From contig JBBSVO010000007.1 of NCBI GenBank assembly GCA_038046805.1, forward strand, positions 1 to 64,000: a stretch of DNA of 64,000 nt, in the 5' to 3' direction. The stretch is from Candidatus Micrarchaeota archaeon. GTDB taxonomy: Archaea; Micrarchaeota; Micrarchaeia; Anstonellales; Bilamarchaeaceae. This document shows, piece after piece, positions 19,550-28,937 of the stretch (positions are counted from its first letter, which is position 1; the number at the start of each line of letters is the position of its first letter). A model generated the notes under the pieces. The model had not been told where the DNA came from, did no database searches, and saw only the letters and a list, made by a program, of their open reading frames with translations. A program made the translations under genes and the position numbers.

Positions 19550-19736
19550 ATATAAATATAAAAGTTGTTCCGATTTGTCTGGCGAATTTCTGGTTTGCAT
19601 ACTCCGCGTTTTCTTTGGGGGTGAAATCCGTAAAAATTCCAAAGATTTTTTACATCTTTACAACTCTGGCAGTTGTAAACCCTCAGCCCCTTTCTTTCTA
19701 AAAGAAAGGGGATATAGGATATAAATATAAAAGTTG
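19550..19736. mobile_element. 151-bp hairpin-rich insert (19568-19718) homologous to tRNA-Tyr intron 3, flanked by 18-bp direct repeats
   Basis: ATATAAATATAAAAGTTG at 19550-19567 and 19719-19736. The reverse complement of the insert matches 38264-38366 in blocks. Confidence 0.75.
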
Positions 19737-19750
19737 GCTAGCACAAATAT

Positions 19751-20665
19751 ATGGTGCTTATTATGAGGGACATGATATCAATACGAGATTTGGAGAAAAA
19801 GGAAATTGAACTGCTTTTGAAAATGGCTGCTGAAAATGAAGCAGAAATAAAAAAAGGGATTGAACCGAAAAAAACCGGAAAGGTAATGGCAACACTGTTT
19901 TTCGAGGCATCGACTAGGACAAAATTATCATTCCAGACGGCGGCACTTCGTAAGGGGCTTACATATATTGACTTCCTGACTGAAACAAGCTCTGTGAAAA
20001 AAGGGGAAACGTTCATTGACACGATAAAAGTAATTGATGGTTATGCCGACGTAATCGTGGCAAGGCATCCAAAAGAAGGGGCATTGCGGCTGGCGGCTGA
20101 CCTTGCAAATCACCCTGTAATAAACGGGGGAGACGGAGGAAACCAGCACCCGACGCAAACGCTGATTGATTTATACACAATGAAAAAAGAAAAGGGAAAA
20201 ATTGAGGGACTGAACGTAAGCTTGGTTGGAGACCTCAAACATGCAAGAACAATGCACTCCCTTCTTTACGCGCTCGCGATGTTCGGAGCAAACATAACAC
20301 TAATTGCGCCAAAAGGGCTTGAAATGGAAAAAGAACATCTTGAGGAAGTGAAGAAAAAATTCGGGGCAAAAATAATTACAAAAAGTGACCTTGACGCAGT
20401 TGGCGCAGATGTTTTGTATGTTTGCAGGATTCAGGCTGAACGATTCGCAGACCCGCTTGAAGCAAAGCGCGTACAGGAACAATTCAGGATAACCTCTGAG
20501 AATCTAAAGGGCTCTAAACCAGACTTGGTAATTCTGCATCCATTGCCAAAGGTGAACGAGATTGCGCAGGAAGTGGATGAAAGCAGGAATGCGAAATATT
20601 TCTCGCAGGCGCACAATGGCGTGCCGGTGAGGATGGCGGTTATTGATTATGCATTGGGGAAATGA
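19751..20665 (+). CDS. pyrB: Aspartate carbamoyltransferase catalytic subunit
   Basis: FFEASTRTKLSF, QHPTQTLID, HPLP, NGVPVRMA. Confidence 0.98.
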   Translation: MVLIMRDMISIRDLEKKEIELLLKMAAENEAEIKKGIEPKKTGKVMATLFFEASTRTKLSFQTAALRKGLTYIDFLTETSSVKKGETFIDTIKVIDGYADVIVARHPKEGALRLAADLANHPVINGGDGGNQHPTQTLIDLYTMKKEKGKIEGLNVSLVGDLKHARTMHSLLYALAMFGANITLIAPKGLEMEKEHLEEVKKKFGAKIITKSDLDAVGADVLYVCRIQAERFADPLEAKRVQEQFRITSENLKGSKPDLVILHPLPKVNEIAQEVDESRNAKYFSQAHNGVPVRMAVIDYALGK

Positions 20666-20674
20666 GGTGAGAAG

Positions 20675-21041
20675 ATGACACACAAAACAAGAATAACAAA
20701 AAGTCCGATTCAGCCAACAACACCATCCCACAGCCAGAAGTTAATGCGAAAATGTGCAGCAGCCAAAAACAAAGCAGGTGGCAAACCAGACCTTGCAGAA
20801 TCGCAATCAAGTGATAGAAACGGGGATCGTTCGTCAGAAGGTCAAGACTTTGAAGGAGAGTATACACGGTTTTGGGGTGCTATTGGCCGATCACGTGTTC
20901 ATAGAACGCTGGGCGACAATCCTGGAGTTAAACACCAACCTGGCGGAATACTACGCAAATTGGAAGATACGCCAGAATTTTCTAAGGAACACGGAGGGAA
21001 ATCGAAAACCAAATAAACGAGGAATCATTCCTACAATATAG
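20675..21041 (+). other. Orphan insert between pyrB and pyrI (overlapping ORFs 20675..21016 and 20754..21041; possibly a frameshifted gene)
   Basis: GAGGTGA RBS before 20675; two overlapping same-strand ORFs with no motifs. Confidence 0.45.
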
Positions 21042-21057
21042 AAAATGAGGTGAAAAA

Positions 21058-21495
21058 ATGTTGAAAGTAGACGCGATTGAAAACGGAACAGTGATTGATC
21101 ATATAAAGGCGGGAAAAGGACAAAAAGTCCTAGGATTGCTCGGAATTGATGACAAATTCGAATCCCGTGTTGCGCTTGTTGCGAACGTTGCGAGCAAGAA
21201 GCTCGGAAAAAAAGATATCGTGAAAATAGAAAACGTTAATGTTTCAAACGAGCTTGCGAATCTTATTGCGCTTATTGCACCAAATGCCTCTATTAATATA
21301 ATAAAGGGAAGCGAAGTTTCAAACAAATTTCAGGTATCTCCTCCAAAGGAACTGCGCGGAGTCGGAGCCTGCCCTAATCCAAATTGCATAACAAACGCAG
21401 AGCTTGCGGAAAAACATTTCAACAACGAGGAAGCAGACAAATACCGATGCCATTACTGCGAAAGGGTTTTTGTGGCAGAGGAATTGGTGAGGTAA
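21058..21495 (+). CDS. pyrI: Aspartate carbamoyltransferase regulatory subunit
   Basis: IENGTVIDHI, KKDIVKIE, CPNPNCIT, CHYCE. Confidence 0.98.
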   Translation: MLKVDAIENGTVIDHIKAGKGQKVLGLLGIDDKFESRVALVANVASKKLGKKDIVKIENVNVSNELANLIALIAPNASINIIKGSEVSNKFQVSPPKELRGVGACPNPNCITNAELAEKHFNNEEADKYRCHYCERVFVAEELVR

Positions 21496-21852
21496 TCAAA
21501 CCATTAATTCCAGATTCTCTGCAATCATTCTTTTTGCATTCTCATTTCCTTTTTCCGCATCCCGGGCAAGAAGCCTTTTGAACACTTTCACGACTCTGGG
21601 GTCAATCGGTCGTTCATAGGGACGTCCATCAGGCTTTAATTCCCTGAACCCTTCGCCTTTTTTCCATCTTGTTTCTATCCCAATAAGCCGTATTGAGATT
21701 ACCCGGTTCACGAAATCAAATGAAAAATCTGAGAATACTGGCTCTTCCAGCATTCCAACATGCGCACCCGAAGCACGTGCAGTCCAGCTTGAACCCTGCC
21801 GTTTCCCGACAGTTCCGTTACAAAAAACCCCACCCATAAAAAGAGTATACAC
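21496..21852 (-). CDS. Hypothetical protein
   Basis: 118-aa ORF; start uncertain. Confidence 0.5.
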   Translation of the reverse strand: MYTLFMGGVFCNGTVGKRQGSSWTARASGAHVGMLEEPVFSDFSFDFVNRVISIRLIGIETRWKKGEGFRELKPDGRPYERPIDPRVVKVFKRLLARDAEKGNENAKRMIAENLELMV

Positions 21853-21866
21853 AGAAAGAGATTAAA

Positions 21867-22226
21867 TCAAACCCTCAACCCGGGATTCCTGTCAAGAAAA
21901 TTCATAACCTCTGTATCCAAACACGCGGCAATATCTAATTCGTTTCTGAATCCGCGTATCAGTTCCGGTACAGCATTTCGTTTTATCATTGCCGCAAAAG
22001 GATCGCATGCCGGATGCGCAAATTTTACATGAACTCCGCGCCCGTCCAATTTTACTGAATAGCCCGGAAATTCTTTGAGTAGATATGGACCATCTAACCC
22101 CTGGCTGATTATAAAACCACTTTGTGTTCTCCGCTCGCAGTTACTGCAAAACAAAGCAGGGGGAAATTTTCCTGAGCCGCAGCAAGAAGCAGAACGCGGC
22201 GTGGCAACCCTTAATCCTTCTCCCAT
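21867..22226 (-). CDS. Hypothetical protein
   Basis: 119-aa ORF with GGGGTGG RBS; contains CSNC. Confidence 0.6.
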   Translation of the reverse strand: MGEGLRVATPRSASCCGSGKFPPALFCSNCERRTQSGFIISQGLDGPYLLKEFPGYSVKLDGRGVHVKFAHPACDPFAAMIKRNAVPELIRGFRNELDIAACLDTEVMNFLDRNPGLRV

Positions 22227-22294
22227 CTAACCACCCCTTATTATATTCAACTGTATGATTTATACGCTTTTCTACACCATACAAATTGGGGGAG

Positions 22295-22852
22295 ATGATG
22301 CCGCTTACTTATTCTGCTTTAAGGGAGATTCAAAAAAAGGAGATGGAAAGCTCCGAGATCGTCAAAGTGGAACCAGATTTCTACGAACAGGTTTCAACCC
22401 TGCTAAGAGAAAGAAAATTAGCTGCGATGAACGACGACTCAATGTCTGCATTAAAGGAATATGAAAATATAAGAAAGATAGCTTCCGGAATCCAGGCAAA
22501 ACGGGAGGAAAAGATAGTTCTCATGGCACTTCGTGGAGACAAAATTCACGAAGGATTGACGGAAAAGGAGCACGAACTTCTTGAATACATAATGGAGAAA
22601 CTGAATGACACCAGAATGAATATAACTTCGGAATGGAACCGAAATAACGAAAAATCAGAATCCGAAACCTCAAAAACCACAAACAAGAAAGCAGATGCTC
22701 AAAAAGTAATAATATTAAAAGATGTGGCACAATATAAAGGAATAGATAGCAAGATCTACGGCCCGTTCAAGAGCAAGGAGCAGGCAATCCTGCCAACTTC
22801 TGAAGCAGAATGGCTTATAAAAGCAAAGATGGCCGAAAATATTGAAAAATAA
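22295..22852 (+). CDS. GINS complex subunit (Gins15/51-like)
   Basis: LREIQKKE...DFYE...KREEKIV A-domain and YGPF...EAEWLI B-domain; usual position before L44e. Confidence 0.85.
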   Translation: MMPLTYSALREIQKKEMESSEIVKVEPDFYEQVSTLLRERKLAAMNDDSMSALKEYENIRKIASGIQAKREEKIVLMALRGDKIHEGLTEKEHELLEYIMEKLNDTRMNITSEWNRNNEKSESETSKTTNKKADAQKVIILKDVAQYKGIDSKIYGPFKSKEQAILPTSEAEWLIKAKMAENIEK

Positions 22853-22873
22853 TCCAATGTACGAGGTGTAAAA

Positions 22874-23155
22874 ATGAAATATCCAAAAGAAGTTAACGCA
22901 TATTGCCCGCACTGCAACAAGCACCATAAGCACAAGGTGCGTATAGCAAGCAAAGGACGAGCCAGAAGCATGGCAGCAGGTACAAGAGCACACGAAAGAA
23001 GCCTTGAAGGACACGGAGGAAAACGTGCAGGCGAAAAGACTGTAAAGAAGCAGGGAAAAAGACAAAAAGTTATGCTTGAATGCGAACAATGCAAAAAGAA
23101 ACAGGAACGCGTGATAGGATCAAGAACCACGAAGAAGATTGAACTAAAGGCATGA
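22874..23155 (+). CDS. rpl44e: 50S ribosomal protein L44e
   Basis: MKYPKEVNAYCPHCNKH...LECEQCKK. Confidence 0.96.
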   Translation: MKYPKEVNAYCPHCNKHHKHKVRIASKGRARSMAAGTRAHERSLEGHGGKRAGEKTVKKQGKRQKVMLECEQCKKKQERVIGSRTTKKIELKA

Positions 23156-23168
23156 TTAGGTGATTTTC

Positions 23169-23333
23169 ATGAAACAAGGTAAAAGCAAATTTCTGAAAGT
23201 AAGGTGTAAATGTGAAAATGAACAAAGAGTATTCAGCCACTCTACCAGTAAGGTGAAATGCGATAAATGTGGTGAAGTACTCGCAGAACCTGCCGGGGGG
23301 AGTACGAACATACTCGGGAAGATTCTGGAATGA
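23169..23333 (+). CDS. rps27e: 30S ribosomal protein S27e (not in ORF track)
   Basis: Read manually: MKQGKSKFLKVRCKCENEQRVFSHSTSKVKCDKCGEVLAEPAGG... Confidence 0.96.
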   Translation: MKQGKSKFLKVRCKCENEQRVFSHSTSKVKCDKCGEVLAEPAGGSTNILGKILE

Positions 23334-23341
23334 AATAGCAA

Positions 23342-24130
23342 TTGCTCAAACATAACAATGGTGGTTTTATTATCGAGTTGCCGGAAGAAAATGAACTAGT
23401 TGTTGCAGTAATAAAGAAGATAATGCCATACGGCGCGTTTTGCGTTCTTCCAGAATACCAGGATATGGAAGCATTCATGCACATATCAGAGGTAGCTCCC
23501 AGATGGATAAAGAACATACACGAATTTATCTCTGAAGGTCAACGACACGTTGCAAAAGTGCATCATATTGATAGGGAAAAGAGACAGGTAGACATCTCGC
23601 TGAAACGAGTGAATGAAGAAGAAAAGAAAGTAAAACTTGAAAGCATGAAAATCGAAAAGAAAACGGAAAAGCTTCTTGAAATTCTTGTTGTTAATTCAAA
23701 GAGTCAACTGACAAAGGAAAAGATAAAGGAAGAAATAGAAAAGGCATTCGCAGATGTGATAACATGCCTTGAAGAGGTATCGGAAAGAGGAGGAGAGGCA
23801 CTTGAAAAAGTAGATCTTCCGAAAGCATTGAAAGCAAACCTGGTAGAATTAGCAAAGAAGAATGTGAAAAAACCAGTTGCTGAAGTAAGTGAAATACTCC
23901 ACATGACGTGTTACGGCAGTGACGGAATAAACATAATAAAAAACGCATTTGCCACTGCTGAGAAAAAAAAGGCAGAGGTACATTATCTTGGAGCACCCAC
24001 ATATAAAATAACAATGAAAGCGCCATCATATAAGGAAGCAGAAAAAAATCTCACACTGATAATTGAAGAAATAGAAAAAATAGCCCAAAAAGGCAGCTGC
24101 GAATTTTCACATGAAAAAGAGAGTAGTTAA
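23342..24130 (+). CDS. eif2a: Translation initiation factor aIF-2 alpha
   Basis: PEENELVV, YGAF, HISEV...WIKNI S1 domain, GAPTY. True start is probably near 23372-23378. Confidence 0.95.
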   Translation: MLKHNNGGFIIELPEENELVVAVIKKIMPYGAFCVLPEYQDMEAFMHISEVAPRWIKNIHEFISEGQRHVAKVHHIDREKRQVDISLKRVNEEEKKVKLESMKIEKKTEKLLEILVVNSKSQLTKEKIKEEIEKAFADVITCLEEVSERGGEALEKVDLPKALKANLVELAKKNVKKPVAEVSEILHMTCYGSDGINIIKNAFATAEKKKAEVHYLGAPTYKITMKAPSYKEAEKNLTLIIEEIEKIAQKGSCEFSHEKESS

Positions 24131-24156
24131 AAATAGCGAAACTGAGGAATAACCTG

Positions 24157-24306
24157 ATGAAAAAAATCTTCATCTGTAATGTGTGTGCCAGGTATACTAT
24201 TAAGAACGAACACTGTGGAAAAAATACAAAAACAGCACACCCACCACATTTCAATCCAAATGACACATACGGGAAATATCGAAGAAAAATGAAAGGAATA
24301 GAATAA
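24157..24306 (+). CDS. nop10: H/ACA RNP protein Nop10 (not in ORF track)
   Basis: Read manually: MKKIFICNVCARYTIKNEHCGKNTKTAHPPHFNPNDTYGKYRRKMK. Confidence 0.94.
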   Translation: MKKIFICNVCARYTIKNEHCGKNTKTAHPPHFNPNDTYGKYRRKMKGIE

Positions 24307-24369
24307 AGATTGAACCAATGAAATTTTCTTTTGAAAATTTCAAATATTTCGAAAACAGGGGTTTTCTCA

Positions 24370-25131
24370 ATGAAAGAAACGATCATAGTTGAAAAAAAGA
24401 AAATAAAACTGAAAAAAGGAGTTCTTGTAACTGGACTCCCGGGCATAGGGCTTATAGGAAGAACTGTCGGAAGATATATGGCAGAGGAATTGAAAGGAGA
24501 AAAAATCGCGGAACTGTACTCACCATATTTTCCACACCAGGTCTTCATGACAAAAAAGGGTGGAATACGCCTCATAAAAAACACAATATATCTTGTAAAA
24601 TGCAAAAAACGCGACATGGTTATATTAACCGGAGATGTACAGGCACTTTCCTCAAAGGGACAATATGAAGTCGCAGGAAAGATATTAGATTATGCAGAAA
24701 AGATAGGTGCAGAACTTGTTCTTACAATAGGTGGCTATAGTACTGGAAAACTTAATGAAAAAAGAAGACTTTACGGAGTTGCCACGCACGAAGAAGTAAT
24801 GAAATGGTTAAAAGAGAATGGCGTTGAATTCGGAATTGCGCGCGGATCAATAGTTGGTGCAGCAGGACTTGTCCCGGCACTTGCAAAATTACGTAATATT
24901 AAAGGCGCGTGCCTGATGGGAGAAACCCACGGCGGTTATGTTGATGTAAAAGCAGCGAATGAAATGGTTGGACTTCTTGCACGCCTTCTTGGATTTGTGA
25001 TAGATACGAAAAAGCTTGAAACAAAAGCAAAGGAAGGAGAAAAGATACTAAAGAAAATAGAGGAAGAAGTGCAAAAGAATATGATAACCCCATACGAACC
25101 TACAGGTGGAAGCGTAAGTTATATACGTTAG
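24370..25131 (+). CDS. PAC2-family proteasome assembly chaperone
   Basis: GLPGIGLIG, TIGGY, GSIVGAAG, CLMGET, and C-terminal YIR HbYX-like motif. Confidence 0.93.
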   Translation: MKETIIVEKKKIKLKKGVLVTGLPGIGLIGRTVGRYMAEELKGEKIAELYSPYFPHQVFMTKKGGIRLIKNTIYLVKCKKRDMVILTGDVQALSSKGQYEVAGKILDYAEKIGAELVLTIGGYSTGKLNEKRRLYGVATHEEVMKWLKENGVEFGIARGSIVGAAGLVPALAKLRNIKGACLMGETHGGYVDVKAANEMVGLLARLLGFVIDTKKLETKAKEGEKILKKIEEEVQKNMITPYEPTGGSVSYIR

Positions 25132-25177
25132 CTTTGGGCATTGCGTTCGCATCTGCTCGCGCAGAACACTTGCAGGA

Positions 25178-25435
25178 TTATTCTAATTTTTTCTTTAATT
25201 CATCGAGTGAATTAGCCACAGTAATTCCTTTTTCAGTGAGTTTGACCAGACGTTTCTTACCTTTTGCTTCGATTGCAACCAAGCCCTTTCTCGCAAGCTC
25301 GCTTATGAATTTCGTAACGTAAACATATGTTGTTTCGGTTGAACGTGCGATTTTTGAAAGATGCCAGGATGTTGAAGAATCCTTAAGTATTAGAAGAACC
25401 CGTGCGGGTTTGTCACGTATGAATGAAAGCGGCAT
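25178..25435 (-). CDS. Small winged-helix (MarR-like) regulator
   Basis: LSKIARST.TTY.YV...GLV....GKKRLVKLTEKG. Confidence 0.85.
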   Translation of the reverse strand: MPLSFIRDKPARVLLILKDSSTSWHLSKIARSTETTYVYVTKFISELARKGLVAIEAKGKKRLVKLTEKGITVANSLDELKKKLE

Positions 25436-25477
25436 AAGCCTGTAATACTGCCGTTTGTTTAAAAACCTTTCATAATT

Positions 25478-25495
25478 ACGTCGGGTGTCCGACGT
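25478..25495. promoter_or_regulatory. Palindromic operator candidate in a divergent promoter
   Basis: ACGTCGG-gtgt-CCGACGT just upstream of a TTTATAAATA box. Confidence 0.5.
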
Positions 25496-25630
25496 TACCG
25501 ACGATAGCTTTATAAATACTCTCTAAAATATAGAAGCGGCGCAGGCGTTTACGAGAGCAAAGCGCTTGGAAAATGTTCATGCGCACGAAGGTTGCGTGCA
25601 TAACGCAACCCTATTTTCTGAGGTGAAAGA

Positions 25631-25852
25631 ATGGGATCAAAAGTCGGAAGTGAAAAGATTGGAAGAGAAAATGGGTATCTCTACTTTGTAGGTAAGGATG
25701 GATACGTCTGGGCAGCACCCATGAAGCACAATAAAAGCGGAAGAAAGAAAAAAATTGGATCTGAAAAGATTTCCAAAGAAGCTGGCTTCATGTACTATGT
25801 AGGCAAAGACGGATATGTCTACAAAGCAAAATTGAAGAACTTTAGGAAGTAA
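25631..25852 (+). CDS. Small basic two-repeat protein, possibly nucleic-acid-binding
   Basis: GAGGTGA RBS; internal duplication K(V/I)GSEKI..E.G(Y/F)(L/M)Y(F/Y)VGKDGYV; T-rich terminator follows. Confidence 0.85.
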   Translation: MGSKVGSEKIGRENGYLYFVGKDGYVWAAPMKHNKSGRKKKIGSEKISKEAGFMYYVGKDGYVYKAKLKNFRK

Positions 25853-25997
25853 AATCCTTTCTTCTTTTTTTATTTTTTCTTTTTGTATTTTGGGTTGAAC
25901 TATTGGATAGAGCAGGATATTTTCGCCGACTTCACGATAGTTTTATAAGCCTGACGCAACACAACTCAATTTTACCGTTTATTCAAAGTGATTACTT

Positions 25998-26303
25998 ATG
26001 AGCAAGGCAAGAATTACGCTAAGTGGGGATAACCCCGGGGATCTCGACGGAGTAGTAAAGCAGATAAAGGAACTGGCCACCGTATTGAGCATGAAAATGC
26101 ATGGTCCGATAAGGTTACCAAGGAAAAAACTCGAAATAAGCTGCAGACGAACTCCATGTGGAGATGGTTCGGATACCTATGAGCATTGGGAGAAAAGAAT
26201 ATTCAAAAGACTTGTTGATGTGGAAGGCGACGAGAAGATGATAAAACAACTTCTTAGGGTAAAGGTGCCAAGCACAGTATTAGTCAAAATATCTCTTACA
26301 TAA
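25998..26303 (+). CDS. rps10: 30S ribosomal protein S10
   Basis: KARITL, GPIRLP, RRTPCGDGSDTYEHWEKRIFKRL. Confidence 0.96.
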   Translation: MSKARITLSGDNPGDLDGVVKQIKELATVLSMKMHGPIRLPRKKLEISCRRTPCGDGSDTYEHWEKRIFKRLVDVEGDEKMIKQLLRVKVPSTVLVKISLT

Positions 26304-26321
26304 TTATATAAGGCTGATTAT

Positions 26322-26435
26322 ATGGGTTCAAGACCTCGTAAATGGAAGAAGAAGAATCGCATGCGCTGGAAGTGGGTAAAGAAAAAAAGGAAAAGGCTCA
26401 AGCGAAAGGCAAAGCGAAGAGTAGGAGAACTCTAG
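26322..26435 (+). CDS. rpl41e: Ribosomal protein eL41/eS32 (not in ORF track)
   Basis: Read manually: [37 protein letters not shown]. Confidence 0.9.
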   Translation: MGSRPRKWKKKNRMRWKWVKKKRKRLKRKAKRRVGEL

Positions 26436-26453
26436 TTTTATTACGGTGAACAT

Positions 26454-26882
26454 ATGGGGTTTCGCTGGCCGTTAGTTGATGAAATAATTATATCTGTAGT
26501 TTCATTAACTCCGCCATTATTTGACCCGAACCGGACTTATATTGAAAAAGAAAGGTCTGGAGAGGTTAAACAAATTCCCGTTGAAAGAGAGCTGTTTGAA
26601 GCCAGATTTGAAAAAGCGATAGTTAATCCAACTGTAGTCTCCCAAACTTCGGGAATCCCTCTGAGCAATTTCCCGGTTCCTACCCAGCCTTTACAACCAA
26701 ATGCGCAACCTATCGAAAAAACAGATGATAGACAGAAACGTCCTCCAGAAGAACACCGGAGCCCGACACGAAACGGGGTTCCGCACATACCAGTCTTTTT
26801 GCGCATGCCGCGTGAACTGAACGCCCGTGGAAACGAAAACCGAAATAATAGAAGACCGCGGGATGCACTAGCGCGCGCGTAG
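26454..26882 (+). CDS. Hypothetical protein with a Pro/Arg-rich disordered C-terminus
   Basis: 142-aa ORF with GGTGA RBS. Confidence 0.6.
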   Translation: MGFRWPLVDEIIISVVSLTPPLFDPNRTYIEKERSGEVKQIPVERELFEARFEKAIVNPTVVSQTSGIPLSNFPVPTQPLQPNAQPIEKTDDRQKRPPEEHRSPTRNGVPHIPVFLRMPRELNARGNENRNNRRPRDALARA

Positions 26883-26959
26883 AAGTACCTTTAAAAAGCC
26901 TTCCGAACCAAATCATTTCTTACCCGTAATTACTATTCTTGGAATAGGAGGGAACTTTT

Positions 26960-27595
26960 ATGGTAGACAAAAAGAAAATTCAGGAAGCCTTAGCAAAGGT
27001 TTTCGAGGACAAGGGAAAACGAAAATTCAAGCAAAGTGTGGAACTTATAGTGAATTTTCGGGGAATAGACTTCTCAAAGACTGAGCACAGGCTCAATTTA
27101 GACGTAGCCCTTCCGAAAGGAAAGGGTGGAAAGGAGCCAAAGATTGCAGTTATTGCTGAAGAGGCTATGGCAAATCAGGCAAAAAACGCAAAAGCAGATT
27201 TGATAATTCTGTCGCAGGAAATTTCAGCTTACGGAGCTCCGGATAAAATAAAGAACCTCGCAGATAATTACGTCCTTCTTGCTCAGCCAAACCTCATGGG
27301 TCTTGTGGCTAAAAGCCTTGGACAGTATCTTGGTCCAAGAGGAAAATTACCAAGACCGGTTGTAGGAAATGTAACTGAGATGATTGAACGAACTAAACGT
27401 TCTGTTAAAATGGCTTCCAAAGGAAAATACCTCCCAGTTGCGCAGGCACTGGTTGGCACTGAGGAAATGAAACCAGAGGACGTATTGGAAAATATTGAAG
27501 CAATTTATGATGCAGTTAAGAATAAAACTGGTGAGCACACTATTAAATCAGTTTATCTCAAGATGACAATGGGTTCCCCAATAAGGGTAGTATAA
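26960..27595 (+). CDS. rpl1: 50S ribosomal protein L1
   Basis: KRKFKQSVELIVN, LGPRGKLP, VYLKMTMGSP. Confidence 0.97.
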   Translation: MVDKKKIQEALAKVFEDKGKRKFKQSVELIVNFRGIDFSKTEHRLNLDVALPKGKGGKEPKIAVIAEEAMANQAKNAKADLIILSQEISAYGAPDKIKNLADNYVLLAQPNLMGLVAKSLGQYLGPRGKLPRPVVGNVTEMIERTKRSVKMASKGKYLPVAQALVGTEEMKPEDVLENIEAIYDAVKNKTGEHTIKSVYLKMTMGSPIRVV

Positions 27596-27608
27596 AGGTG
27601 ATTCTCCT

Positions 27609-28475
27609 ATGGCAAAAAAGAAAGGAAAATATAAAGTAGATCCTGAAAGAGCTTCAATAAAGGAAAAAGCAGGTAAAGTAAAAGAAATTGTAAAAGAAAC
27701 AAAGGATTACTCAACACTTGCAGTCATAGACCTCAGAGGACTCCCGGATTCTCTTCTTCAGAACATACGAAAGAATATAAGAAAAGAGGGTGGACGGGTC
27801 AGAATAGCAAAAAAGGCAATTATGGAAAGAGTATTCGATTCAAAGAGTGTTCTTTCACAGAAAAAAGAAGTTCTCAAGGCTCCTGTAGCACTTGCAATGA
27901 CAAATCAAAGCCCATATTTGGTAAACAAATTCCTTAATGAAAACAAAAAGAGAAGGGCTGCGAAAGTTGGTGAGATTGCACCGTTTGAAATAGTTGTTCC
28001 GGAAGGAGAAACGGATTTGCCACCTGGTCCGGCACTTTCAGAACTTAAGGGCGCGGGATTGAATGTTCAGATTAAGGCTGGAAAGATAGTAATTGCAAAA
28101 ACATCTGTTGTTGCAAAGCCAGGTGAGGCACTTACAGATGTAAAGGTAAAGGCACTTCAAAAACTCGGCATAATGCCGTTTGAGGTCGGGGCAAAACTGT
28201 TATTTGCTTACGATGGAGAGTATCTTTATGGCAAAGAGGTTCTTGATATTGATGCACATACGCTCAATCCAGAATTCTCAGCTGCGTTGAGAGATGCATT
28301 TAATTTCTCACTTAACTCTGGATATCCAACAGGCATGAGCATCGGAATTGCCTTAAGCGAGGCATTTATGCAGTCAAGAAATGCGGGAATAAATGGAAAC
28401 TTATACTCATCAAGCGTAATAGAGCAGCTTCTCACCTCTGCAATAAGGCAGGGGACGGCTCTGAAGCTTGAATAG
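27609..28475 (+). CDS. rpl10: 50S ribosomal protein L10 (P0)
   Basis: AKVGEIAP..IVVPEGETDLPPGP, LQKLGIMP; lies between L1 and L12. Confidence 0.96.
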   Translation: MAKKKGKYKVDPERASIKEKAGKVKEIVKETKDYSTLAVIDLRGLPDSLLQNIRKNIRKEGGRVRIAKKAIMERVFDSKSVLSQKKEVLKAPVALAMTNQSPYLVNKFLNENKKRRAAKVGEIAPFEIVVPEGETDLPPGPALSELKGAGLNVQIKAGKIVIAKTSVVAKPGEALTDVKVKALQKLGIMPFEVGAKLLFAYDGEYLYGKEVLDIDAHTLNPEFSAALRDAFNFSLNSGYPTGMSIGIALSEAFMQSRNAGINGNLYSSSVIEQLLTSAIRQGTALKLE

Positions 28476-28491
28476 AAAAAATAAAGGTGAT

Positions 28492-28803
28492 ATGATGACA
28501 AAAGTAGACCCATATTTGCATGCCGTGCTTCTCTTGCACGGAGCTGGAAAAGAAGTAACAAAGGATGCAATTGTATCTGTCCTCAAATCCGCTGGTGCGG
28601 AAGTTGACGATGCAAAGGCAAAGGTTCTTTCAGAGGCAGTGAAGGGAGTCAATTTTGAAGACCTTCTGAAGAATGCAACTGCAGTTGTTGCAGCACCGGT
28701 TGCGGCAGCTCCAGCAGGCGAGGCCAAGAAAGAAGAGAAGAAAGAGGATGAAGGAAAGAAAGAAGAACAGGCAGCCGAAGGATTGGCAAACTTGTTTGGA
28801 TAG
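28492..28803 (+). CDS. rpl12: 50S ribosomal protein L12 (P1)
   Basis: YLHAVLLLH, Ala-rich hinge, EEQAAEGLANLFG. Confidence 0.96.
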   Translation: MMTKVDPYLHAVLLLHGAGKEVTKDAIVSVLKSAGAEVDDAKAKVLSEAVKGVNFEDLLKNATAVVAAPVAAAPAGEAKKEEKKEDEGKKEEQAAEGLANLFG

Positions 28804-28937
28804 TTTCCTTTAATCTTTTCTTTTTTATTTTTTTAATTTATTTTTTCGATTAGTTAATACGAGAAATAGGCGACCAGAAACATATAATCAGATGAAAAAT
28901 ACGAACAATGAGCTGAAAGTTTCCGAAATCCTAGAAG

